A model generated the notes under the pieces. The model had not been told where the DNA came from and did no database searches. It worked only from the letters and a program-made list of their open reading frames with translations. This document shows, one piece after another, positions 1 through 11,400 of a stretch of DNA of 64,000 nt. This stretch comes from Veleropilina oligotropha. Taxonomy: Eukaryota. The position numbers and the translations under genes are program-made. Numbering within the stretch: the stretch's first letter is position 1; each line of letters begins with the position of its first letter. The stretch covers positions 62,001 through 126,000 of the forward strand of contig JBEUKZ010000031.1 of NCBI GenBank assembly GCA_048128005.1. The letters are read 5' to 3'.

Positions 1-666
1 GCACGGCTCCGGTGCGGCTCCGGTCCGGCTGCAGCATTTGAGTGTCTCGTTAGATGCGGGTGACGCATGCGGCTAGCGTGCGTTTGCTATAGAAGTTCAT
101 TAAAATGTCCGACAATGCAAGGATGCATAATGATGCAGTAGAAGTTTTGCAAACTGAAGTTTTGGCAGAATTCCATATTCTAAAGAAAAGAAACGCCACA
201 TGGAAACATCGTTTTTGGGTCCGTCAAATAATAAAACGGAGACGGCAACAAGGCGCTTTCCACAACCTCTTGCATCTGTTACATCATACATATACGTGTG
301 AGATCGAACTAATTCAATTAGCTTTTTAAGGTCACCTCTGCTTATTACAACACTGGATTTCACATTGACAGGCATGATTATGCTAAATGATAATGCACAT
401 GTCAGGAAATATTGAAATAGCTGGGGTACAAGAAATTACTTTCTTTGAAATAAGAATATTGTGCCATATAAGGTATGCGATTCATCTGCGGTCCGGCTGG
501 AATCGCTACATGGAGCGATCGGTAAAAAACGCATCCGGCTAGATTCAGGCCCGCATGCCGGACCGCACCCGGACCGCATTAATGTAAACACCTGTATTGA
601 AATTGTTGGTAAGCGATTACACCCCGACCGGAGCCGCACCGGAGCCGTGTTAATGGAAACACAGCT
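1..666. mobile_element. Internally deleted PIF/Harbinger-like DNA transposon (left end cut by window edge)
   Basis: 2-25 CACGGCTCCGGTGCGGCTCCGGTC is inverted at 626-649; the right end ...TAATGGAAACACAGCT is followed by TAA. Plus ORF 105.. has RFWVRQIIKRRRQQGAFHNL (Harbinger transposase N-terminus style). Minus ORF from 375 has LIELVRSHTYMYD (MADF N-terminus style). Confidence 0.65.
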
Positions 667-3600
667 TAAAGCAGATACCAATTTTGTTATTTACACCATG
701 GCGACACAAGCCGATATCGACACATCAAATCAACAATTTCAAACAGGCACTCAAGACTGTCGCCGCATACGATCCAGTCAGCGATGTCCGCTGTGGCAGA
801 TTTTGTGGGCAACATATTATGTGCGACAGGTGTCTATGCGGCCTATCCCATTTTAATATAACCTGCATTTATCGAAAATAACAGCGAATGAATGAAGTCA
901 ATTATCGAAGTGTTGGCTCCGAGTTGGCCGAGCATGCCCCATGTGCCACGAGTAAAGCGGCATTTACAATTAATGCACTATAACAATTGTATCTACTTGA
1001 CACAATATTATGCATTATGATCATTGATGACAATCGTTTGCAAGATGACTATTTATAAATTTTGGATAATGAATTTATTCCTGAAAATATTGGCAATAAC
1101 GCTACAGAGATTATAGATTTAAAAACTTTTCCGTGGAGGTACGCCCTGCCGCATTCGGCGCTCGTTCGTGTGTGCGTCATGAACATCTATTGTACTGACA
1201 ATTAATCACACAGTCTGCATGTAAGCTACCTAAGATGCCGTACAGGTCGTTGCGTTTAATAATTACCACATCAATAATAAAGAAAAATGGTCTTAATTAT
1301 GCACGACCTCAGTCTGAGCGATGGAGTACCTCACCACTGGACACTGATTATTTATGACAACTGATTATTTAATTTAAATTCAAATTAACAAAAATGCAAT
1401 CTATTTTGCATAATTTTTTGCTTAATTGTCACATGAATTAGAAGCCTGATAACGCCGGAAACAGCATTTCATAGCATCTAGGTTTCAAAATTTTCCGGCC
1501 CCCCTAGCACTTTCGGCGCAGAAATCTAAGATTGGCGGCATTCGATTCAGAGTGGCCATATGTATATCTTAAAATATAAAAAATATTTTTTTAAATTTAG
1601 TATTTTTTTGTAATTTTTTTTTTTTTTTAAATTAAACTTTTTTATTTTTTTGTATTTTACGTCTTTTTTTTATTTCGTTTATCTGATTGAAGCCCTCACA
1701 GCTGCTTGCAGCTTTAATTATTCCTATTATTCCGCCTGAGTTTTGTACCAGTGATAACTTCCAAACCGCTTAAATCAAAAACTCTAAAAATGGTAAACAT
1801 GTAGGTATGGTACTGAAGTTGAATCGCACTTAATTTCTGCTATGCGGCGCCACTGGCTTAGCGGCAATTAAGGTTTTTTCTTTAAAAAAACACCTTTTTA
1901 TACCATCTTCTTCGGCCAAACGGCTGAAGTGAGGTACGCGATGTTCCTAAATAATGATCTTCACTATGTGAAGAAAAAAGTTTGAAAGCGAAAATGTTAT
2001 CGGAACAAAAGCAAGGCAGTTACGGCCATCTGAATCTCTCAATAATTTGGGAAAAATCACACTTTTTTACATCGGCTATAACTCTTATTCTGCTTTAACT
2101 ATAGTCTTCAACCTTCGCTGAGTGGTAGACGCTTTCTGTAAGTTAATTTTGCTACAAAGAAGATATTTCTGCGTGATGTGGTTAAGCCGCCATCTTGGAT
2201 TGTTTGAAAAACTTCAAACGTCATTTTCCCTGCAGTCGTCTGTCCGATCACAATGAAACTTCGTAGGTGGGAACGTTGTGTTATGTTCTTATAAATGTAT
2301 AATAAACCAAAAAATAACAGTATGAAAATATTAAGAGCAAAAGTCATTTGAAATTTAAAATTTCAATTAGTCGTATCTTCCTTAATATTTAATTATTTGA
2401 AACGAAATAAAGTTCATTATGAACACATCAAATTTATCTAACGCAATATATAAAAAAGCTATCACTTATTTAAGTTAATTTAAAGATATAGACATTTTTT
2501 GACATCATTTTGTAACTGCTATAACTTAGGTTGTACGGGGACCATCAAGTGGTAAATTTAACACTAGTGCCATCTTAGGGGAAATAATATATATGCATAT
2601 TTTCGAATAGCTGGGACTGGTAATACTGCAAAAAGACAGTGTATTTTTTATGTAGTGACTATATCTGGCTGGCTTAAAGTAATTTATTACCCTGTGTCAA
2701 CAAAGCCCCATGGTCTTGTATTGACATTATGGCCACCTAATTACTTTGTATCAATAAACTGTGGCCATCGCACTGCCTGCAGAGATATAAGAAATTAGTA
2801 TGTCGTAAAAACTAGAGGTTTAGTTCTGCTCTAACTCCTAAATAACTTAGCTGTAACTAGGACTATGAACTTGAAATTTAAATACAATACGCATCACATT
2901 TCTGTGAATTCGTATGTTCAATTTCATAGCGCTATGACTGGTGGTTCAATATTAAAACAGTTTATTTTTTGCATTCAGTCAGAAGAATTGAACTGCATTA
3001 ATTGCTTTAATTGCTTGAATGCTACCAGTCAATAGTATCCAGCGACTCTAAATTAGTTTATGAGCTCTATGGCCGGCTTGTGGCCACCGCAGGCAGATAA
3101 ATCAGCAATTAGCAGGTCGTAAACCTGGACAGAGAGAGATAGAACTTTAGAAGTTATCTTAAAGTGCTCTCCAAACTACAATAGTTAATTTTGACCATTT
3201 TCGGACCGCTTTAGCTCAGAAATTGGCTCCTTATTGCGTTGCTGACACCAATAATTTTACCATATATGCGGTCAAAGGGATCAGCTGCTCAGCAATATCA
3301 AACGTTTGCGTCGATTGTCAAATGCGTTCAACTGAAATTACCGTAAATCAAAAACTCTAAAAATGGTAAACATGTAGGTATGGTACTGAAGTTGAATCGC
3401 ACTTAATTTCTGCTATGCGGCGCCACTGGCTTAGCGGCAATTAAGGTTTTTTCTTTAAAAAAGCACCTTTTTATACCATCTTCTTCGGCCAAACGGCTGA
3501 AGTGAGGTACGCGATGTTCCTAAATAATGATCTTCACTATGTGAAGAAAACAGTTTGAAAGCGAAAATGTTATCGGAACAAAAGCAAGGCAGTTACGGCC

Positions 3601-4816
3601 ATCTGAATCTCTCAATAATTTTGAAAAAATCACACTTTTTTATTTCAGCGGTCACCATTATCCGATTTAAGTGAAATTTTCACTGAAACTATACTGTATT
3701 AAGATCATTTTAATTGGAAATTTTGGCATGCATATGATCAATATTTTTTATGTTTATAAGACATATTTTTATTCCTACTACAGTCTTAGGAAGGCGATTA
3801 CAGCATTTATGATGTTATCATGAATGAAGTTGTGGCATTTTATGATCTGGTCTTGCAGATGTCGTAAAGGCTGCCTGGTGTAGGCAGTTTATGATGCTGA
3901 TTTATTGACGCTACACGCATGTACTCAGTCCCAGTGACCAGTTCTATATATTTATAATTATCATTATTTATTTTCTCTCCTTTTTCCCACCAGCTGACTT
4001 GGACGCCATTACTGAAAATGTTTAAAGGGGCTATATCTTGTAAACGGTGCATCTTAGACATATAGTTACTATGGGGAGCTTATGGGAAGTCATGGGTAAA
4101 CTTTCGAAAATGACCTTGACCTTTGACCTCAGTGACCTAATTAGCGAAAAATTGCCGAACTCGGAAAAACGCAGGGGATGGAGTGCAATGGGTAGTGGGA
4201 ACGTATTTGACATCGCATTTCCAAGATGGCGGAAATCGGACGCCATTATGGAAATTGTTTCAAGGGGCTGTATCTTGTAAACGGTGCATCTTAGACATAT
4301 AGTTACAATGGGGAGCCTATGGGAAGTCATGGGTAAGCTTTCAAAAATGACCATGACCTTTGACCTCAGATGACCCAGTTAGCTGTAATTGACCTAATTC
4401 CATGATTTTGGGGGTAGGAAGCTGAAATTTGGTTTGCAGGTAGATATGGTGCTTATTAAGCGCCTGTACACTTTTCAGCTAGGTGGCGCCACTGGTTCGG
4501 CAGTAATTGACCTAATTCGAAGATTTTTGGGGTAGGAAGCTGAAATTTGGTTTGCAGGTAGATATGGTGTTTATTAAGCGCCTGTAAACTTTTCAGCTAA
4601 GTGGCGCCACTGGTTCGGCAGTAATTGATCTAATTCGATGATATGGCAGGTAGAAAGCTGAAATTTGGTGTGGGTAGTTGCTGTGTTTGCGAGTGCCTGT
4701 AATTATTATTTATTTTCTCTCCTTTTTCCCACCAGCTGACTTGGACGCCATTACTGAAAATGTTTAAAGGGGCTATATCTTGTAAACGGTGCATCTTAGA
4801 CATATAGTTACTATGG

Positions 4817-7800
4817 TGTGGTGAACCTGGGCATACATCGAAAGTCTGTATGCATGGTGTGGCCCTCCAATGTTGGCGATGTGGTGCGTTTGGTCATAAA
4901 TCGAGGCTTTGCGAGGAAATCTACTTCTAAGAGTACGGCCAAGCAGCAAGTGCCGAAACATTCCTACAGAACAATAAATACAGTGCCTTGCTCACAATAT
5001 GCGCTGAATGCAACAATGTCTCCTGCTGCTGTATGGATATACAGGCCACGGTTATGCAAGATTTTGTCAATGGACAAGATCAGACATTATCTGTTATTAT
5101 TGGAAGGATAAGTATATTTACCCCTGAGCCCTCTTTTTTGGATGTGAATGATGGTGTACTTAATGCTTGTATGTTATATTTATTGATTATCTTGTTTGCA
5201 TATATATGGACTCAACTTAATATTAACACAGCGTTGCCAGTTACTCATCCCTTCGAATCCAAAATGAAAGGACTTAATATTGTTCATTTAAACATATGTC
5301 ATCTATTGCCAAAGTTAGATGAGCTGGAAGTAGAAATTAGTATCTCTCTGCCTGACATTATTGGTTTCACAGAGACATTCTTAAACGATGATATAGCGAA
5401 TGCCGAAGTTAGCATTAATAATTACAAATTTACAAGAAGGGATAGAAGTGGAAAAGGCGGCGGAGGCATAATTGTATATTTTCACGACCATATTCAATTT
5501 GATAGAAGACTTGATTTAGAAGATAATGAAACAGAATCTATATGGATCGAAATTTCATCTTTTAAGAGTAGGCCGTTTCTTATCTCGTTTTGTTATCGAC
5601 CACCTAGTGCTAACGTCAGCTGGTTTGATCATTATGACGTTCAACTTACTAAAGCACTTAATCTAGATAAAGAAATAATTATTCTTGGCGACTTTAATAT
5701 TGACTACACTGATGTATCTTCACTTCCTCCTAAATGGAAAGACATTGTTCAATCTCATAATTTGCATCAGATAATAAAGTCCCCAACGCGAGTCACTAAA
5801 ACAAGCAGCTCAATTATTGACCATCTTTATACAACTCATCCAGAGCACATTACAGACGTGCGAATACCTGTATATGGTCTAAGCGATCATTATCCGACTT
5901 GCGTCACAAAATATAATTTTAATGTTCAGAAAAAGATACATCATTTTGAAATAAAATACAGAAATTATAAGCAATTTGATGAGAAACAGTTTTTATATGA
6001 TTTATCATGTATGCCATTACACGAGATTGAGTACCATGACGAGCCCGATGTGTGCCTTGAAATGTGGTATAATTCAATTATGAATGTTTTGAATGCACAT
6101 GCTCCTATAAAAACTAGACGCGTTCGACATCAGAGGCAGCCAGATTGGCTCAATGATGATATTAAGGAAGCATGGCAAGTAAGAGATAAATTTAAACAAA
6201 AACACGACCATTCTAATTATAAATTATGGAGGAATAAGGCCAAAACATTAATAGAAAATGCGAAGAAAAAAATGGTCAAAACATCTGTTGAGGAGAGAAC
6301 AAATGTGAAAAATATGTGGAAAGTATTACATGACATATCAAGGACGAAAAAGAATACTACCTCATATCCTACATCTATGGAAATTAATGGTCAACTGAGT
6401 AATGATATGAACGATATTGCAGATTCTTTCAGCAAATACTTCAAAGATATTGCGTTAATTCTGAAAGACGGCACCTGTCTTTCTCCAGATCTTTCAGATC
6501 TAAAGTCATTTTTACAACAAAAGCTAACAAGGGTCCCTCAATTTGAAATTAGGTATATAACCTGTGCTGAAGTTAATATGGCTTTGGAAAAGTTAGACGT
6601 CAGTAAATCGACAGGCTTAGATGGACTTGGTCCCAGGATATTAAAGATTTGTGCCCCACTAATTTCACAATCATTAACTTATATACTTAACTTAAGTCTA
6701 AGTAAAGGCATTTTTCCCTTGACATTAAAACACGCTAGAATGATACCAATACATAAAAAAGGAAAAAAGACACTGCCTGAAAATTATCGTCCAATTTCAA
6801 TCTTACCAACAATTTCGAAAATATTTGAGAGACATGTAGGCAATCAACTTCAAAAATATTTAAAAGACAATAACCTACTTCACAAGTCACAATCTGGATT
6901 TCGACATAATCATTCCTGTCAAACAGCGCTACTTAAAGTGACCGATGAATGGTTAACTGAGATGGATAATGGAAATATGGTAGGCACTGTACTAGTTGAC
7001 CTACAAAAGGCTTTTGACTTAGTCGATCATGAATTACTTTTACGCAAACTTTCACTCTATGGACTTAATGTCAATGCGTGTAATTGGACAAAGTCATATC
7101 TTTCTGATAGAAAACAAAAAGTATGTATTGCTAATAGCGAATCTGAATCTACTGCTGTCAGATTTGGTGTCCCACAGGGTTCAATTTTAGGACCCATTTT
7201 ATTTCTTATTTTTATTAACGATTTACCGTTATGCATTAAATCTTGCAATACAGAACTTTATTGCGATGATACCACAATTCATTCATCAGCCGCGACCACT
7301 GACAAAATAGTTGATAATTTATCGCAGGATATAGAAAGGGTTGACCTCTGGTGTTCACAAAATGGCATGTTAATAAATGTAGAAAAAACAAAATCACTAT
7401 TGATCGGTAACAGACAGAAATTGAACACACAGCCAGACATCAACATAACACTAAATGGTAAGACCATTAAAAGTTCATCATCAGAAAAGCTGTTGGGTGT
7501 TTATGTTGACAAAAATCTAAACTGGAACTGTCACATTGATTATGTATGTTCTGTTATATCATCAAGATTAGCGTTACTGCGCAGAATAAAAAAGTATCTT
7601 CCTAAGCAGCTTCGGATACTTTTTTATAACAGTTATATTTTATCTATAGTGGACTACTGCTGCACAGTGTGGGGTAATTGCTCTATGTCATCTATCAAGC
7701 GCATTGAGCGACTTCAAAAACAAGCTGCCAGAATAATTCTTAATGATAATTTTGAAATACCAAGTAAAACAATGTTCAAAAGACTCGGCTGGTTACCATT

Positions 7801-8426
7801 TACTCAGAGAATTGAAGTAATGAAAGGGAAAATGATGTATAAGGCTATCAATAACATGGCACCAAACTATCTGACAGAAAAATTTAAATTTAAACTTACA
7901 AAAGATATCCCTGGAATGCATCTAAGATCAAATGCTTCAAATAAAATATATCTTCCCAAACCTCGTGGAGAATCCTTACGTAGGACGTTTCAATATACTG
8001 GCGCTCAACTTTGGAATGAATTACCCCAAACTGTGAAGCATTCTTCAACAAATCATCAATTTAACACAAACATTGTTAATTATTTTAAACAAAAATTATG
8101 AGTCTAATATTTCTGTACATATGTAATTTTATCTTTCTTTTCTAGTAACTTGTTAATTAATTGTGTTTCATTAAAAATGTGCGTTACTGTGTTGCCATGG
8201 CAACATATTTCATTAATATTACATTCCCTCATTGATTTAATTTATGCCTGTACTGTTGTTATTGCTTTTTATTTATATGTCATAACCTGTATTTATCTCT
8301 TTATCACTTAGAATTTACTCTGTGTATTATTTGTTAGATCCTTTAGATTAGATAGAGAGGGACTCAGGGAAGATTGGTTGTAAACTAACTGTTCTCCCTC
8401 TATAAATAAAGTATTATTATTATTAT
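4817..8426 (+). mobile_element. CR1-group LINE (Crack/Daphne-like), probably 5'-truncated, inserted into a B module
   Basis: Interrupts the array at ...GTTACTATGG|; the array resumes after a (TAT)5 tail at 8412-8426. The 3' end has a GAGGGA...TCCCTC stem, then AATAAA. TATGG is present at both junctions (short TSD or microhomology). Confidence 0.92.
4988..8101 (+). CDS. LINE ORF2: APE endonuclease plus reverse transcriptase, open frame
   Basis: Endonuclease motifs HLNI, FTETFL, RRDR..GGGG, YRPP, LGDFN, SPTR, IDH, SDH. RT motifs NYRPISILP, QSGFR, DLQKAFD, GVPQGSILGP, YCDD, LLGV. The endonuclease begins near the ATG at 5264; the true start is uncertain. Confidence 0.95.
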   Translation: MLTICAECNNVSCCCMDIQATVMQDFVNGQDQTLSVIIGRISIFTPEPSFLDVNDGVLNACMLYLLIILFAYIWTQLNINTALPVTHPFESKMKGLNIVHLNICHLLPKLDELEVEISISLPDIIGFTETFLNDDIANAEVSINNYKFTRRDRSGKGGGGIIVYFHDHIQFDRRLDLEDNETESIWIEISSFKSRPFLISFCYRPPSANVSWFDHYDVQLTKALNLDKEIIILGDFNIDYTDVSSLPPKWKDIVQSHNLHQIIKSPTRVTKTSSSIIDHLYTTHPEHITDVRIPVYGLSDHYPTCVTKYNFNVQKKIHHFEIKYRNYKQFDEKQFLYDLSCMPLHEIEYHDEPDVCLEMWYNSIMNVLNAHAPIKTRRVRHQRQPDWLNDDIKEAWQVRDKFKQKHDHSNYKLWRNKAKTLIENAKKKMVKTSVEERTNVKNMWKVLHDISRTKKNTTSYPTSMEINGQLSNDMNDIADSFSKYFKDIALILKDGTCLSPDLSDLKSFLQQKLTRVPQFEIRYITCAEVNMALEKLDVSKSTGLDGLGPRILKICAPLISQSLTYILNLSLSKGIFPLTLKHARMIPIHKKGKKTLPENYRPISILPTISKIFERHVGNQLQKYLKDNNLLHKSQSGFRHNHSCQTALLKVTDEWLTEMDNGNMVGTVLVDLQKAFDLVDHELLLRKLSLYGLNVNACNWTKSYLSDRKQKVCIANSESESTAVRFGVPQGSILGPILFLIFINDLPLCIKSCNTELYCDDTTIHSSAATTDKIVDNLSQDIERVDLWCSQNGMLINVEKTKSLLIGNRQKLNTQPDINITLNGKTIKSSSSEKLLGVYVDKNLNWNCHIDYVCSVISSRLALLRRIKKYLPKQLRILFYNSYILSIVDYCCTVWGNCSMSSIKRIERLQKQAARIILNDNFEIPSKTMFKRLGWLPFTQRIEVMKGKMMYKAINNMAPNYLTEKFKFKLTKDIPGMHLRSNASNKIYLPKPRGESLRRTFQYTGAQLWNELPQTVKHSSTNHQFNTNIVNYFKQKL

Positions 8427-11400
8427 GGGGAGCTTATGGGAAGTCATGGGTAACTTTGACCTCAGTGACCTAATTAGCGAAAAATTGCCGAACTCGGAAA
8501 AACGCAGGGGATTGAGTGCAATGGGTAGTGGGAACGTATTTGACATCGCATTTCCAAGATGGCGGAAATCGGACGCCATTATGGAAATTGTTTCAAGGGG
8601 CTGTATCTTGTAAACGGTGCATCTTAGACATATAGTTACAATGGGGAGCCTATGGGAAGTCATGGGTAAGCTTTCAAAAATGACCATGACCTTTGACCTC
8701 AGATGACCCAGTTAGCTGTAATTGACCTAATTCCATGATTTTGGGGGTAGGAAGCTGAAATTTGGTTTGCAGGTAGTTATGGTGTTTATTAAGCGCCTGT
8801 ACACTTTTCAGCTAGGTGGCGCCACTGGTTCGGCAGTAATTGACCTAATTCGAAGATTTTTGGGGTAGGAAGCTGAAATTTGGTTTGCAGGTAGATATGG
8901 TGTTTATTAAGCGCCTGTAAACTTTTCAGCTAAGTGGCGCCACTGGTTCGGCAGTAATTGACCTAATTCGATGATATGGCGGGTAGAAAGCTGAAATTTG
9001 GTGTGTGGGTAGATGCTGTGTTTGCGAGTGCCTGTAATTATTATTTATTTTCTCTCCTTTTTCCCACCAGCTGACTTGGACGCCATTACTGAAAATGTTT
9101 AAAGGGGCTATATCTTGTAAACGGTGCATCTTAGACATATAGTTACTATGGGGAGCTTATGGGAAGTCATGGGTAAACTTTCGAAAATGACCTTGACCTT
9201 TGACCTCAGTGACCTAATTAGCGAAAAATTGCCGAACTCGGAAAAACGCAGGGGATGGAGTGCAATGGGTAGTGGGAACGTATTTGACATCGCATTTCCA
9301 AGATGGCGGAAATCGGACGCCATTATGGAAATTGTTTCAAGGGGCTGTATCTTGTAAACGGTGCATCTTAGACATATAGTTACAATGGGGAGCCTATGGG
9401 AAGTCATGGGTAAGCTTTCAAAAATGACCATGACCTTTGACCTCAGATGATCCAGTTAGCTGTAATTGACCTAATTACATGATTTTGGGGGTAGAAAGCT
9501 GAAATTTGGTTTGCAGGTAGATATGGTGTTTATTAAGCGCCTGTACATTTTTCCAGCTAGGTGGCGCCACTGGTTCGGCAGTAATTGACCTAATTCCATG
9601 ATTTTGGGGGTAGGAAGCTGAAATTTGGTTTGCAGGTAGATATGGTGTTTATTAAGCGCCTGTACATTTTTCAGCTAGGTGGCGCCACTGGTTCGGCAGT
9701 AATTGACCTAATTCGAAGATTTTGGGGGTAGAAAGCTGAAATTTGGTTTGCAGGTAGATATGGTGTTTATTAAGCGCCTGTAAACTTTTCAGCTAAGTGG
9801 CGCCACTGGTTCGGCAGTAATTGACCTAATTCGATGATATGGCGGGTAGAAAGCTGAAATTTGGTGTGTGGGTAGATGCTGTGTTTGCGAGTGCCTGTAA
9901 ACTGGTCCCTGAATTGGAGCCCTCACAGCTGCTTGCAGCTTTAATTATTCCTATTATTCCGCCTGAGTTTTGTACCAGTGATAACTTCCAAACCGCTTAA
10001 ATCAAAAACTCTAAAAATGGTAAACATGTAGGTATGGTACTGAAGTTGAATCGCACTTAATTTCTGCTATGCGGCGCCACTGGCTTAGCGGCAATTAAGG
10101 TTTTTTCTTTAAAAAAGCACCTTTTTATACCATCTTCTTCGGCCAAACGGCTGAAGTGAGGTACGCGATGTTCCTAAATAATGATCTTCACTATGTGAAG
10201 AAAAAAGTTTGAAAGCGAAAATGTTATCGGAACAAAAGCAAGGCAGTTACGGCCATCTGAATCTCTCAATAATTTTGAAAAAATCACACTTTTTTACATC
10301 GGCTATAACTCTTATTCTGCTTTAACTATAGTCTTCAACCTTCGCTGAGTGGTAGACGCTTTCTGTAAGTTAATTTTGCTACAAAGAAGATATTTCTGCG
10401 TGATGTGGTTAAGCCGCCATCTTGGATTGTTTGAAAAACTTCAAACGTCATTTTCCCTGCAGTCATCTGTCCGATCACAATGAAACTTCGTAGGTGGGAA
10501 CGTTGTGTTATGTTCTTATAAATGTATAATAAACCAAAAAATATCAGTATGAAAATATTAAGAGCAAAAGTCATTTGAAATTTAAAATTTCAATTAGTCG
10601 TATCTTCCTTAATATTTAATTATTTGAAACGAAATAAAGTTCATTATGAACACATCAAATTTATCTAACGCAATATATAAAAAGCTATCACTTATTTAAG
10701 TTAATTTAAAGATATAGACATTTTTTGACATCATTTTGTAACTGCTATAACTTAGGTTGTACGGGGACCATCAAGTGGTAAATTTAACACTAGTGCCATC
10801 TTAGGGGAAATAATATATATGCATATTTTCGAATAGCTGGGACTGGTAATACTGCAAAAAGACAGTGTATTTTTTATGTAGTGACTATATCTGGCTGGCT
10901 TAAAGTAATTTATTACCCTGTGTCAACAAAGCCCCATGGTCTTGTATTGACATTATGGCCACCTAATTACTTTGTATCAATAAACTGTGGCCATCGCACT
11001 GCCTGCAGAGATATAAGAAATTAGTATGTCATAAAAACTAGAGGTTTAGTTCTGCTCTAACTCCTAAATAACTTAGCTGTAACTAGGACTATGAACTTGA
11101 AATTTAAATACAATACGCATCACATTTCTGTGAATTCGTATGTTCAATTTCATAGCACTATGACTGGTGGTTCAATATTAAAACAGTTTATTTTTTGCGT
11201 TCAGTCAGAAGAATTGAACTGCATTAATTGCTTTAATTGCTTGAATGCTACCAGTCAATAGTATCCAGCGACTCTAAATTAGTTTATGAGCTCTATGGCC
11301 GGCTTGTGGCCACCGCAGGCAGATAAATCAGCAATTAGCAGGTCGTAAACCTGGACAGAGAGAGATAGAACTTTAGAAGTTATCTTAAAGTGCTCTCCAA

